This document shows, in pieces, positions 1 through 8,508 of a stretch of 11,920 bases of DNA. The notes beneath the pieces were generated by a model, which saw only the letters and a list, made by a program, of their open reading frames with translations, made no database searches and was not told the DNA's origin. A program made the position numbers and the translations under genes. Each line of letters begins with the position of its first letter. Positions within the stretch are counted from its first letter, which is position 1. Origin of the DNA: Octopus sinensis (Eukaryota); the NCBI RefSeq assembly GCF_006345805.1, contig NW_021826878.1, positions 1 through 11,920 of the forward strand, in the 5' to 3' direction.

Positions 1-520
1 TTCGTCGTTACTTAATTCATTCCTCGTTTCCCTTAACGCTCTCTGAAAGCTGTCCACAAATCTTTCTACCTGCTTATTTGAACGCAGGTGGTAGGGTAAA
101 GTGAAAATATTCTTTATCACATGTCTTTTATAGAAGTTCTTGAATTAAAACCTAGAGAACTGCATTCCGTTGTCTGAAACTAGCCTGTCAGGGACACTGT
201 ATCGCGAAAACATTTCGTATAAGAATTTTATAGCTGTCTTAGAGGTTGGCACCTGCAAACCTCCAGCCATTTAGTATAGCTGTCTACTACGATTAGGCAG
301 TAAGCGCCGTTTACCGGCCCGGCATAGTCAATGTGTAATCTAGACCATGGGTTCGTCTCTGACCGCGATTGATATTTTGCCTGCGGAGCTCTGGCCGCGA
401 GCGCACAATTTCAGCACGTTCTCGCTATATTTTCGATATGTCGGTCCATAGAAAGCCATAGACATAACTCATCATCAGAGCCTTCATCCTTGCCATTCCT
501 GGACGTCCGTAGTGAAATTG
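1..520 (-). pseudogene. Integrase remnant (Zn-binding region plus DDE core)
   Basis: WLSMDRHIENIARTC; PWSRLHIDYAGP (D at 329-327); LIVVDSYTKWLEV; LVSDNGMQF (D at 174-172); PYHLRSNKQVERFVDSFQRAL (E at 66-64). The second D and the E show D(35)E spacing. An in-frame stop and frameshifts are present. Confidence 0.92.
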
Positions 521-708
521 TTGCAATACAGCTTTTTGTAATGTAGTCGGAATCACCAATATTTGGGCATATATTAGAATATCGTCGCAAATTGAAAACT
601 ACTGGCATCTGAACTTTTATTTTGCTTATTTTTTAAAGCGTCTTTTATTTTCTCAATATACTCATCACCTACAGCTTTCATTCTTATATCCTGTGCCATC
701 ACTGGTAG

Positions 709-1190
709 TTATTCTATAACGTTCGTCATAACACTTTTAATTTCACTTTCTGCCCGCAGTGCGGCTATAACAGTCTCTTCTAGTGGTTCCATATATTTTG
801 GAATTAATCTCGAAAGGCAGTCCGCATGACCAATTTTTTCGATGGAAGGTATTGCATTTTGAAAATATAATTTGGTAATATTACATCCCAACGTTGCAGT
901 GGTTTGCAGTATGAGTCGGTAACCCTTTTTTAAACCCATAAATTGACAGCAAAGGTCTGTTTGCAATAAAAAAACTTCTGCCATGTCGAAACCTGTGAAA
1001 TATTTTAATTGCAAAAATAATTGCTAGGGCCTCCGTTTCAATTTGACTATATATCTTCTCTGCCGCTATTATCGAGCACGGAACACGAACTACTGGTTTT
1101 GTACTTCCGTCTTCGTATTTATGAAGTAGAACTGTACCTAATCCGTGCTCGGAAGCATCAGATGCTACAATGATGTCTATTTCGGGATCG
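709..1190 (-). pseudogene. RNase H and connection remnant of Gypsy pol
   Basis: IIVASDASEHGLGTVLLHK (DAS at 1159-1151), AEKIYSQIETEALAIIFAIK, then GHADCLSRLIP in ORF 709-1014. Confidence 0.9.
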
Positions 1191-1389
1191 TATTGTCCTA
1201 ACGACAGTTCTGAGATTAGAATTTTTTTATTTCTTCAAAAGTGTTCTGGTATTTAGTGGACCAATTCCACTTAACTCCTTTTTTTTAATAAGTCGTTAAA
1301 TGGAGCTCTTAATTTGTGCATATTAGGAATATAGCTTTGATAATAGTTTGCCAACCCAAGAAATGCTTGCTAAGTTGGAATATTTGTCT

Positions 1390-1990
1390 GCTCTCGACGG
1401 GTTAGGACGTCTACCACTTTTATCAATCATTTGCCCCAAGTTACTCAATTTGGGGTAGAAAGAAATCGAATACACTCAAAGTGAACCCGAAAACTTGAAT
1501 TTTCTTAAATACATGCTGTTCACGAGAATTACTCTTGATCAAAATATCGTCCACGTACGGGATTACAAATTTACAATCAGATAACATAGTATCTATGATT
1601 TGCTGGAATATTGCTGGTGCTACTTTTAATCCAAAAGGTAATCATGTGTATCTGTACAATCCTCTGTGTGTATTTATTGTCAAATACTTTGAGCATTTTT
1701 CATTTACTTTTATCTGTAAATAGGTTTTCAGACAGATCTAATTTGGAAAAAAATTTTTCCGCCTTTAAACTTTGAAAAAATGTCTCTGCAGTCGGGAGTG
1801 GTGATGGTATGTTTTTAAGCAATCGTTCAGTCCTGTAGAGAAACCAGCCTATTCTTCTTATTTTTTTAAATACATACCGTGAGTGCAGCCCACTTCGAAT
1901 AATACGCCTTTTTGATGACTCCTCTCTTTTCGAGCCTATACAACTCTTCACTTATGGTTTCAGTTGTAGCGAACTGTACTTTTCTGTTTG
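1390..1990 (-). pseudogene. Reverse transcriptase remnant of Gypsy pol
   Basis: PLPTAETFF..FFSKLDLS, TINTHRGLYRY*LPFGLKVAPAIFQQ, PYVDDILIK (YVDD at 1557-1546); stops and frameshifts. Confidence 0.93.
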
Positions 1991-2194
1991 TTTTAAATAC
2001 AGATACAGCGCTTTCACTGACTTGTAAAAAGGCTTCTGTCTATCTACATAGACCTAAATACTCAGGTAACACTTGCGGGGACATTTAAAAAATTTTTTTA
2101 TTCAGTTCTTCCGAAGCTTTGCTTTTAACGGGACAACCATTTATGTTCATGCAGTAAAGATTTATGGGGAGGTGCCGTAAATCGCATGGTTCTA

Positions 2195-2439
2195 ACTAGA
2201 TTGTTTGTATTATTCACGATGAATAATTTTGCTTCGCGTGTCTCTCCTCGAAATGTGAATTCGATACATGTTTTGCCCATGAACTGTAATTTATCACCCG
2301 TTACACCACGCTCTATTTTCAGTTTTACGTAATCTCGGTTTACCAATTTTTTTCCCCAAGTATCCGCATTTATAATCGTGATGTCACTACCTGTGTCTAA
2401 CTGTAATTTGGCATTCACATAATTTATTTTTACGTGCAT
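2195..2439 (-). pseudogene. Retropepsin (aspartic protease) remnant
   Basis: LQLDTGSDITII (DTG at 2397-2389) in ORF 2125-2439. Confidence 0.9.
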
Positions 2440-2515
2440 GAATTTTCTTGCTTATTCCGTCGCAATCACTCTCCACTTAGAACTTTTTTGTGTTTGAGCC
2501 TCATAGACTTGTTCT

Positions 2516-2575
2516 ACAATGAGAACTCTTGTGTCCCAGCTTCTGACAACTATAGCACTTTTTGTTTTTAAACGG
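2516..2575 (-). pseudogene. Gag zinc knuckle remnant
   Basis: DCPFKNKK-CYSCQKLGHKSSHC fits CX2CX4HX4C (2557-2516), just upstream of the protease. Confidence 0.85.
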
Positions 2576-2940
2576 ACAATCCTCTACGACCATAATACGG
2601 ATTGAGGCCTGACACATTTTTTTGATTGACACATTTGAATTTTCGCAGAGTTGTTTTCAAATGCGGACCGTCCAAATCTGCAATTTGTTTCTGTATATAA
2701 TTTCAAAATAATTTGCAGACAAAAAGGCGTGTGATTTAAGGGAGATTTAGCTGTTGTTTCTAGCACATCCCACGACCACCTGGCACTTTCCACGTTTCTT
2801 TATCACTCTAACATGTTGGTGTGTTCACTCCCTATAAACGCATTTTATGGAACGATGATGCAGTAGTCCATTACTGGTATTTAAGCAACAATAATAATAA
2901 AAAAATTATTTAGATCTTTAACCCCTCTCCCGTATTAAGC

Positions 2941-3006
2941 GTGTCCGTGTGTGTGTGTGTGTGTGTGGTGCATGTGCGTATGCATGAGTGCGTGCACGCG
3001 CGCGTG
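2941..3006. repeat. (GT)n/(GC)n compound microsatellite
   Basis: Directly visible. Confidence 0.85.
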
Positions 3007-3103
3007 TAAGAAAAACATATTTATTAACAGAAAAGTATGCTATTAAAATTAATTATCTTTTACATACCTTTGTCACCCAATTGAAATTCCTTACACATAC
3101 ACA

Positions 3104-3649
3104 CTGACAAACACATACGTTGCCCGGGTATGTAAGAGCCCCTAGTAGGCAACGACTAATCCCAATCTAGTCCTTTCCCTCTAGGGAACGAAGGCGCATG
3201 TGTAGGTTGCAATGTCTTCTGTGTATACGATGTTCCTAGCTGTTCCTTTGGGCGAAAACGCGATTTCCCAAAATGGCATGATTTTATCGTTTTTTTCTGA
3301 TGGTAAGGTATTGCATGGAAAACTCACGTCAGAATTAAGTTTCTTAGGGTAACATTAAGCTTCACCTTGAGTTTGGTGAAAATCGATTGCAAGTTGCGAA
3401 AACTACAACAGAAAATGTGTTGCATATAAAAAGCTGAGATTCTCGACCCCATGTCGAATTTATCGAATTTTTTTCAGAACTCGGGGAGCTTTTCAAAATT
3501 TTCGCTGCGTTACTTTTGAATTATGACATTGGGATATGTGTGTGTCAAGTTTCATCAGAATCGGTTGAAAGCCGTGGTCAGGGTGAGGGTACAACCTGAC
3601 AGCCACACAGACACACAGACAGACAAACTGCCGTTTATATATAGGGAGA
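3104..3649 (-). mobile_element. Non-autonomous Helitron-like element
   Basis: The minus strand starts A|TCTCCCTATATATAAACGGCAGTTTGTCTGTCTG...CCGATTCTGATGAAACTTG, which resembles short invertebrate Helitron 5' ends (recall). Its far end has ATACCCGGGCAACG, half of a typical 3' hairpin. No intact CTAG terminus, so the 3' boundary is uncertain. Confidence 0.55.
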
Positions 3650-3686
3650 TAAAAAGCTCGCCATGAGAAAATGAAAGAGCTAGACA

Positions 3687-3716
3687 TAGAGAGAGAGGGG
3701 GGAGATGGAGAGAGAT

Positions 3717-3783
<67 letters not shown>
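3687..3783. repeat. (GA)n microsatellite
   Basis: Directly visible. Confidence 0.95.
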
Positions 3784-3787
<4 letters not shown>

Positions 3788-4305
3788 TTTCTGCTGCTTC
3801 ACAGATTTCGAAATTTTATAATTTAGTGAAAGTTTTCAAGCTTGGTATATGGATGTACTTTTTGTCACTGAATTCGAGTTTGTAATTCATTTATTCCATA
3901 AACATTTTTAGAGGTTAAAAGTTTGATAACTTTAAACCAATCTGAAGAGAGGATTTGTGTATAATAGTTATGATAAAATGGAAGTAAATATTAAAAGACG
4001 AGATTTTAAACAAACTTAAAGCAATGCATGAGAGTCAATATAAATACAAAAGTGATCGTGAAAGAGTTTGGTAAATATATATGAAGAGATAGTTTGATGA
4101 TAATAGATAGAGAATGGGATATTTGTCGATATAGAATTTGAGTTATTTCTCGTAGCCAATTATATATTTTTTATTAGTATGTTCGAACGACATTGTCTGT
4201 GGGACGTAGATTTCGAAAATCAAATTCTTTTTTTCGAGGATGCACCGTTTCAGAGTCTGTTTGGGCTAAACACATACTTAATCACATTCACTCGCATTTA
4301 TATAG

Positions 4306-4361
4306 TGTATGTATGTATGTATGTATGTATGTATGTATGTATGTATGTATGTATGTATGTA

Positions 4362-4392
<31 letters not shown>

Positions 4393-4505
4393 ATGTATGT
4401 ATGTATGTATGTATGTATGTATGTATGTATGTATGTATGTGTGTGTGTGTGTATGTGTATGTATGTATGTATGTATGTATGTATGTATCTATCTATCTAT
4501 TTATC
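4306..4505. repeat. (TATG)n/(TG)n/(TATC)n compound microsatellite
   Basis: Directly visible. Confidence 0.95.
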
Positions 4506-4512
4506 TCTTTAA

Positions 4513-4650
4513 TATTTTACTTGTTCCAGTCAATACATGTATTTTAAAGCCTCTGGTACTTACTCTATCAGTCTCCTCTACCGAAGCGCTAAGTTACTAG
4601 GACGTAAACACACCAACATCGGTGTCTTAAGCGGTGGTAGGGGACAAACA
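4513..4650 (-). mobile_element. Internally deleted fragment of an abundant octopus-type SINE-like repeat
   Basis: GTACTTACTCTATC..CCGAAGCGCTAAGTTACTAGGACGTAAACACACCAACATCGG..GGGGACAAACACA matches my recollection of a common Octopus repeat. Neither the match nor the strand has been verified by search. Confidence 0.55.
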
Positions 4651-4745
4651 CACACACACACATACACTCACATACACCCGCACAGACGCGCGCGCACACA
4701 CACACACACGCACACACACTTCACATACACACACGCACACACACA
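4647..4745. repeat. (CA)n compound microsatellite
   Basis: Directly visible. Confidence 0.9.
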
Positions 4746-4836
4746 TAAGAATACTATATTGAGTTTTTCTTTTTTATTGAAGCCAGGTATTTTGGAAAAT
4801 ATATCCTGGCAAACGTTTCGATATAGTATACTAACA

Positions 4837-4952
4837 CTGCTACGACGACGACCACCACGACGACGACCACGACGACCACCACCATCACCGCCCCTGCCGC
4901 TACAACAACAACATCTACTACTGCTGCTGCTACTACTACTACTACTACTACA
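4837..4952. repeat. Mosaic trinucleotide tract (CGA/CCA/CAA/CTG/CTA)
   Basis: Directly visible. Confidence 0.9.
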
Positions 4953-5069
4953 ACCCGTAATCATAAGGATAAAGTTTATGGAGCTGTTGATTATGAAGGC
5001 GATGACAGTTTTTTGCTGTGAGAGAAATAAAAAGGGAACAATAAGAAAATGCGGGCAGTAACTGTGAGG

Positions 5070-5080
5070 ATGATGATGAT

Positions 5081-5113
<33 letters not shown>

Positions 5114-5200
5114 CATGCGCACACATACATAATACATACATACATGCATACATACACACATATATACGTACTTGCATATATATATATATATATATATATG
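5070..5200. repeat. (GAT)n/(CA)n/(CATA)n/(TA)n compound microsatellite
   Basis: Directly visible. Confidence 0.9.
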
Positions 5201-5382
5201 AATAAATAAATAAATGGAGTTGAACGAAGATGTTAATAAAATTCCTTTACTTTCGACATATGTTTCGAAGACAACATAGTTTTATTCCAAAGGAATAAAC
5301 GGTGTAAGATGCAATCTTCTCATCAGGAAAGAAAGGAAGATCTTCTTTCAACTCCATTTATTTATTTATTTATTCATATATA
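5193..5382 (-). mobile_element. 190-bp foldback element enclosing a hammerhead ribozyme
   Basis: Arms 5193-5231 and 5340-5382 are inverted repeats with one mismatch and one extra AATA unit. Confidence 0.7.
5242..5338 (-). ncRNA. Type I hammerhead ribozyme, canonical core
   Basis: Minus strand: TTCCTTTCTTTC-CTGATGA-GAAGA...TCTTC-GAAA-CATATG-TC|GAAAGTAAAGGAA. Stem I 12 bp with one bulge; stem II 5 bp (G10.1-C11.1); palindromic stem III ACATATGT; GUC site between 5255 and 5254. Confidence 0.88.
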
Positions 5383-5523
5383 ACACACAAATTTCTGAAC
5401 ATGAACCCGAAGTTTCTACATTTGGATAGGTCGCTTCAACCGTGTTTCTGACGTGAATTGATACCCTGGTATCGGTTCATCGAATTTTCCATGTTGACGG
5501 TAAACATAGGATAATTATTCACC

Positions 5524-5528
<5 letters not shown>

Positions 5529-5591
<63 letters not shown>
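5529..5591. repeat. (AT)n microsatellite
   Basis: Directly visible. Confidence 0.95.
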
Positions 5592-5596
<5 letters not shown>

Positions 5597-5619
5597 AATC
5601 CAAACGGGAAACAAAAAAA

Positions 5620-5797
5620 CAACAACAATGGAACAATTACAGTATTATTATTAATAGGCGCTCAGGAAATGGAAGCAGGGAGGTATGACGTTTCGAGCGG
5701 AGCTCTTCGTCGGAAACATAAAGAAGGAAGAGAGAGGAAAGAAAGATCCCAGAGCGGGCAACAGGGAAAGAGAAAAAAGACGACTGGTGTTTACGAG

Positions 5798-5800
<3 letters not shown>
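5620..5800 (-). mobile_element. PLE pLTR-like fragment
   Basis: Pyrimidine tract, minimal HHR, then TTCCTGAGCG..AATA..TTGTTCC. Same layout as 10045-10225; (TA)n nearby on both sides. Confidence 0.6.
5683..5717 (-). ncRNA. Minimal type I HHR-like motif, degenerate (U4C)
   Basis: GTTT-CCGACGA-A-GAGC(TCC)GCTC-GAAA-CG-TC|ATAC. Stem III is the ACGT palindrome; stem I has one mismatch. Confidence 0.65.
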
Positions 5801-5830
<30 letters not shown>

Positions 5831-6004
5831 AAAAATAAGTTGGCTAGCAGCAAGCTGTTTCGCCTCATACCGAAGGAATTAGAAATGGCAGTCAAAGACC
5901 GTTTTTTCCATTTCTATAAGTAGAGATTCCAAAAACGAAGGCCCTTGCGGCTCACATACACAAAACCGGAGTCGCAAATATACGAATTCAGTCACTTACC
6001 GTTA

Positions 6005-6077
6005 ATAGCGAACACGGTGTTTCTGGATCACGAACATATAAAAAAAGGGTGAGTTTGAATTCCGTCATCAGCGCTAT
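6005..6077 (-). ncRNA. HHR-like motif in tandem copy 1
   Basis: ATAGCG-CTGATGA-C.GGA...TCC.A-GAAA-CAC(C)GTG-TT|CGCTAT. 6-bp stem I, C.A mismatch at the base of stem II, GUU site. Confidence 0.5.
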
Positions 6078-6562
6078 ATTCGTTAGCTTTATCAAATGCC
6101 ACCAGCCCTCACTTCTGACCCAGCAACATCAGATAGTGGGGGGGGAAGTGCGCAGATGCTAAAACCAAGTAACGACCGGGAACGTAAATTTTCCCTCCAA
6201 AATTCTGCCATGCGCGCCTTCTGGGTAATCGTAATGGAATGAGGAATCCACATGGTAATACAATAAAAATGGTAAATAATTTTCCTGTGGTTTTTCATGT
6301 AACCAACAATTATTTACCGGTAAATTTCGGTATGTAAATACGACAAAATAATTGTCAAGACCTTTGTAAGGTTCAGTATATAGTAAAGAAAAATAAGTTG
6401 GCTAGCAGCAAGCTGTTTCGCCTCATACCGAAGGAATTAGAAATGGCAGTCAAAGACCGTTTTTTCCATTTCTATAAGTAGAGATTCCAAAAACGAAGGC
6501 CCTTGCGGCTCACATACACAAAACCGGAGTGGCAAATATACGAATTCAGTCACTTACCGTTA

Positions 6563-6635
6563 ATAGCGAACACGGTGTTTCTGGATCACAAACATATAAA
6601 AAAAGGGTGAGTTTGAATTCCGTCATCAGCGCTAT
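6563..6635 (-). ncRNA. HHR-like motif in tandem copy 2
   Basis: Same core and stems as 6005-6077. Confidence 0.5.
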
Positions 6636-6858
6636 ATTCGTTAGCTTTATCAAATGCCACCAGCCCTCACTTCTGACCCAGCGACATCAGATAGTGGGGG
6701 GAAGTGCGCAGATGCTAAAACCAAGTAACGACCGGGAACGTAAATTTTCCCTCCAAAATTCTGCCATGCGCGCCTTCTGGGTAATCGTAATGGAATGAGG
6801 AATCCACATGGTAATACAATAAAAATGGTAAATAATTTTCCTGTGGTTTTTCATGTAA

Positions 6859-6861
<3 letters not shown>

Positions 6862-6893
<32 letters not shown>
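6862..6893. repeat. (TA)n microsatellite
   Basis: Directly visible. Confidence 0.95.
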
Positions 6894-6898
<5 letters not shown>

Positions 6899-6917
6899 GG
6901 TGAATGAATTATCCTAT

Positions 6918-7360
6918 GCTGGAGACGATGATCTCCTGGGGCTAAAAGCTACAGTAACACCTACCCTTTGTGGTTAGCCATGTTGAGATGGCTAGTATAC
7001 TTTACATTGTCGAGCGGTCACTGTTTACATCTCGTTCAGAGATTTAATAATGCTTGCAGACAGTTTTTCGAAATCAGTGACGGAAGTTACTAGAAAAACA
7101 CATATTTATTTGCATACAGGCTTTCCCTTTCATCGTAATTCGGTGATTACTGCCCGTTGACAAGAGGCAACAACCTCGAAACTGCAGTCCGTGCGTATCA
7201 CCTGGGCTTACGAGAAAGGGATGGCCTCCCTTTGCAAATACCACAAGGGCACAGACAGTGTGCCTAAAGCCAGCTGGAGGCGATGATCTCCTGGGGCTAA
7301 AAGCTAGAGTAACACCCACCCTTTGTGGTTAGCCATATTGAGATGGCTATTATACTTTAC

Positions 7361-7363
<3 letters not shown>
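6918..7363 (+). mobile_element. Non-LTR retrozyme-like unit: 355-bp monomer plus a 91-bp partial repeat
   Basis: Direct repeats 6918-7008 and 7273-7363 (5 mismatches). One HHR per period and several perfect hairpins. Confidence 0.65.
7143..7201 (+). ncRNA. Type I hammerhead ribozyme with U3/A8 core
   Basis: GTGATTACTGCCCG-TTGACAA-GAGG(CAACAA)CCTC-GAAA-CTGCAG-TC|CGTGCGTATCAC. Palindromic stem III ACTGCAGT; GUC site after 7189. Confidence 0.75.
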
Positions 7364-7402
<39 letters not shown>

Positions 7403-7420
7403 ATATATATACACACATAT
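7363..7420. repeat. (TA)n microsatellite
   Basis: Directly visible. Confidence 0.9.
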
Positions 7421-7621
7421 CGATAGGACGCATGGCTTAATGCTTAGATGTGTTGCAAAGACATCTATGAATGTACCAGATGTGGCCCAGACTGCAAGAT
7501 TGATGCAACATAATATGATGCACAACCTTCCACCCATAAGGCAAAGTTGCGGGATGGGTCAAAATAATCGTCGTACAAAATACAGCTATACTAATTCCAT
7601 CTTCTGTCTACTTAATCGATC

Positions 7622-7623
<2 letters not shown>

Positions 7624-7685
<62 letters not shown>

Positions 7686-7748
7686 AGTGTGTATGTTTAT
7701 ATATATATATACTATATATATATATATATTATATATATATATATATTT
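7624..7748. repeat. (TA)n/(TG)n compound microsatellite
   Basis: Directly visible. Confidence 0.9.
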
Positions 7749-7945
7749 AATATTAATATTAGGGAAGTTATTTCCGAGTCCACAGGGGAGAGAAGTTCAA
7801 TTTAGTGGTACTAAAATGAATTACTCACTGTATTATATATATACATTAAAAGGCTTCCAAATAAAGAAGCGAGTGCTAGATACACACAAAGGGGATAAAT
7901 TCATGAAATGGAATGAAAATCAAAAGCGTTTACCGACTCAGCTAA

Positions 7946-8021
7946 TCCTGTACTGCAGTTTCATCTTCTTTTTTAGCAAATGAATGGAATTTATCTGCTA
8001 AGGCCAGAATCGTCAGCAGGA
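7946..8021 (-). ncRNA. Type I HHR-like motif in the left arm of the inverted repeat
   Basis: TCCTG-CTGACGA-T.TCT..TTAGCA..TGCTAA..AGA.T-GAAA-CTGCAG-TA|CAGGA. GUA site between 7951 and 7950; U.U at the base of stem II. Confidence 0.65.
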
Positions 8022-8508
8022 AGCCTTTGTAATCCGAGCTGTACATATCGTTAGAAGCAACGTGCAAATCTAACGATCTATATACCCTAACTTTTCAGAC
8101 CAGTGCGCAGACGCAAATCATACCCGACGAACAGAGAGGATGCCGGTAAAAATTTACGAGCAAATTCATCGAGCCTTTTAATGTATTTATATATAAATAA
8201 CGTATAGTCTAATGACTAATTCGTCTTTTGTGCTGGGTCACTGGTAATAATAATTTATTTTTATTACCCTATTTACCATGTTTAAATATTGCTCGATGAA
8301 TTTGCTCGTAAATTTTTACCGGCATCCTCTCTGTCCGCCGGATATGATTTGCGTCTGCGCACTGGTCTGAAAAGTTAGGGTATATAGATCGTTAGATTTG
8401 CACGTTGCTTCTAACGAGATGTACAGCTCGTATTACAAAGGCTTCCTGCTGACGATTCTGGCCTTAGCAGATAAATTCCATTCATTTGCTAAAAAAGATG
8501 AAACTGCA
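7954..8508. repeat. Long inverted repeat: arms 7954-8174 and 8291-8508, 116-bp spacer
   Basis: I counted 5 substitutions and one 3-bp indel between the arms. Confidence 0.95.
8444..8508 (+). ncRNA. 3'-truncated copy of the 7946-8021 HHR-like motif
   Basis: TCCTG-CTGACGA...GAAA-CTGCA, then unrelated sequence; the cleavage site and 3' stem I strand are missing. Confidence 0.6.

Larger units (their letters stand above)
1..2870 (-). mobile_element. Decayed Ty3/Gypsy LTR retrotransposon (K02A2.6-like/Mag-type gag-pol); runs off the window start, no LTR seen
   Basis: Hand translation of the minus strand gives gag CCHC knuckle, protease, RT, RNase H and integrase in Gypsy order, broken by many stops and frameshifts. 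The boundary at ~2870 is approximate. Confidence 0.92.
5828..6862. repeat. Tandem duplication, period ~558 bp: copies 5828-6306 and 6386-6862
   Basis: I counted 3 substitutions and a G8/G6 run difference; 79-bp spacer; (TA)n at both outer ends. Confidence 0.95.

Noticed and set aside
1-2870. Gypsy element as a novel or domesticated gene
   Set aside because: Ordinary domain order, with stops and frameshifts throughout.
3784-4300. Possible host exon or transposase fragment
   Set aside because: Frequent stops in the frames I read and no recognisable motif.
4805-4840. GAAACGTT on the minus strand as an HHR half
   Set aside because: No upstream core or stem II.
4179-5177. ORFs 4179-4547, 4193-4600, 4309-4512, 4537-5061, 4668-5177 and 4948-5157
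   Set aside because: Open only because they run through stop-free microsatellites (MYVC, TH and poly-L/S repeats).
5430-5490. Minus-strand CGATGA...GAAACAC as an HHR
   Set aside because: No coherent stem I, stem II or cleavage triplet.
5843-5900. Possible further HHR on the minus strand (GGC-GAAA-CAGC-TT-GCTG), repeated near 6401-6458
   Set aside because: No CUGANGA box, and C in place of U16.1.
5669-5923. ORFs 5669-5923 and 5685-5882
   Set aside because: Antisense to a pyrimidine-rich pLTR fragment plus (TA)n; no protein motif.
6092-7319. ORFs 6092-6298, 6529-6798, 6795-6977 and 7074-7319
   Set aside because: Short, lie in non-coding repeats, and frames are not kept between duplicate copies.
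5828-7363. CRISPR array or LTR pair as the explanation for the direct repeats
   Set aside because: Only two copies each and a eukaryotic context; no repeat-spacer periodicity, no TG...CA ends, and no PBS, PPT or TSD.
7425-7470. tRNA/SINE head (TGGCTTAATGCTTAG as an A-box)
   Set aside because: No B-box or cloverleaf; at most a very decayed SINE piece.
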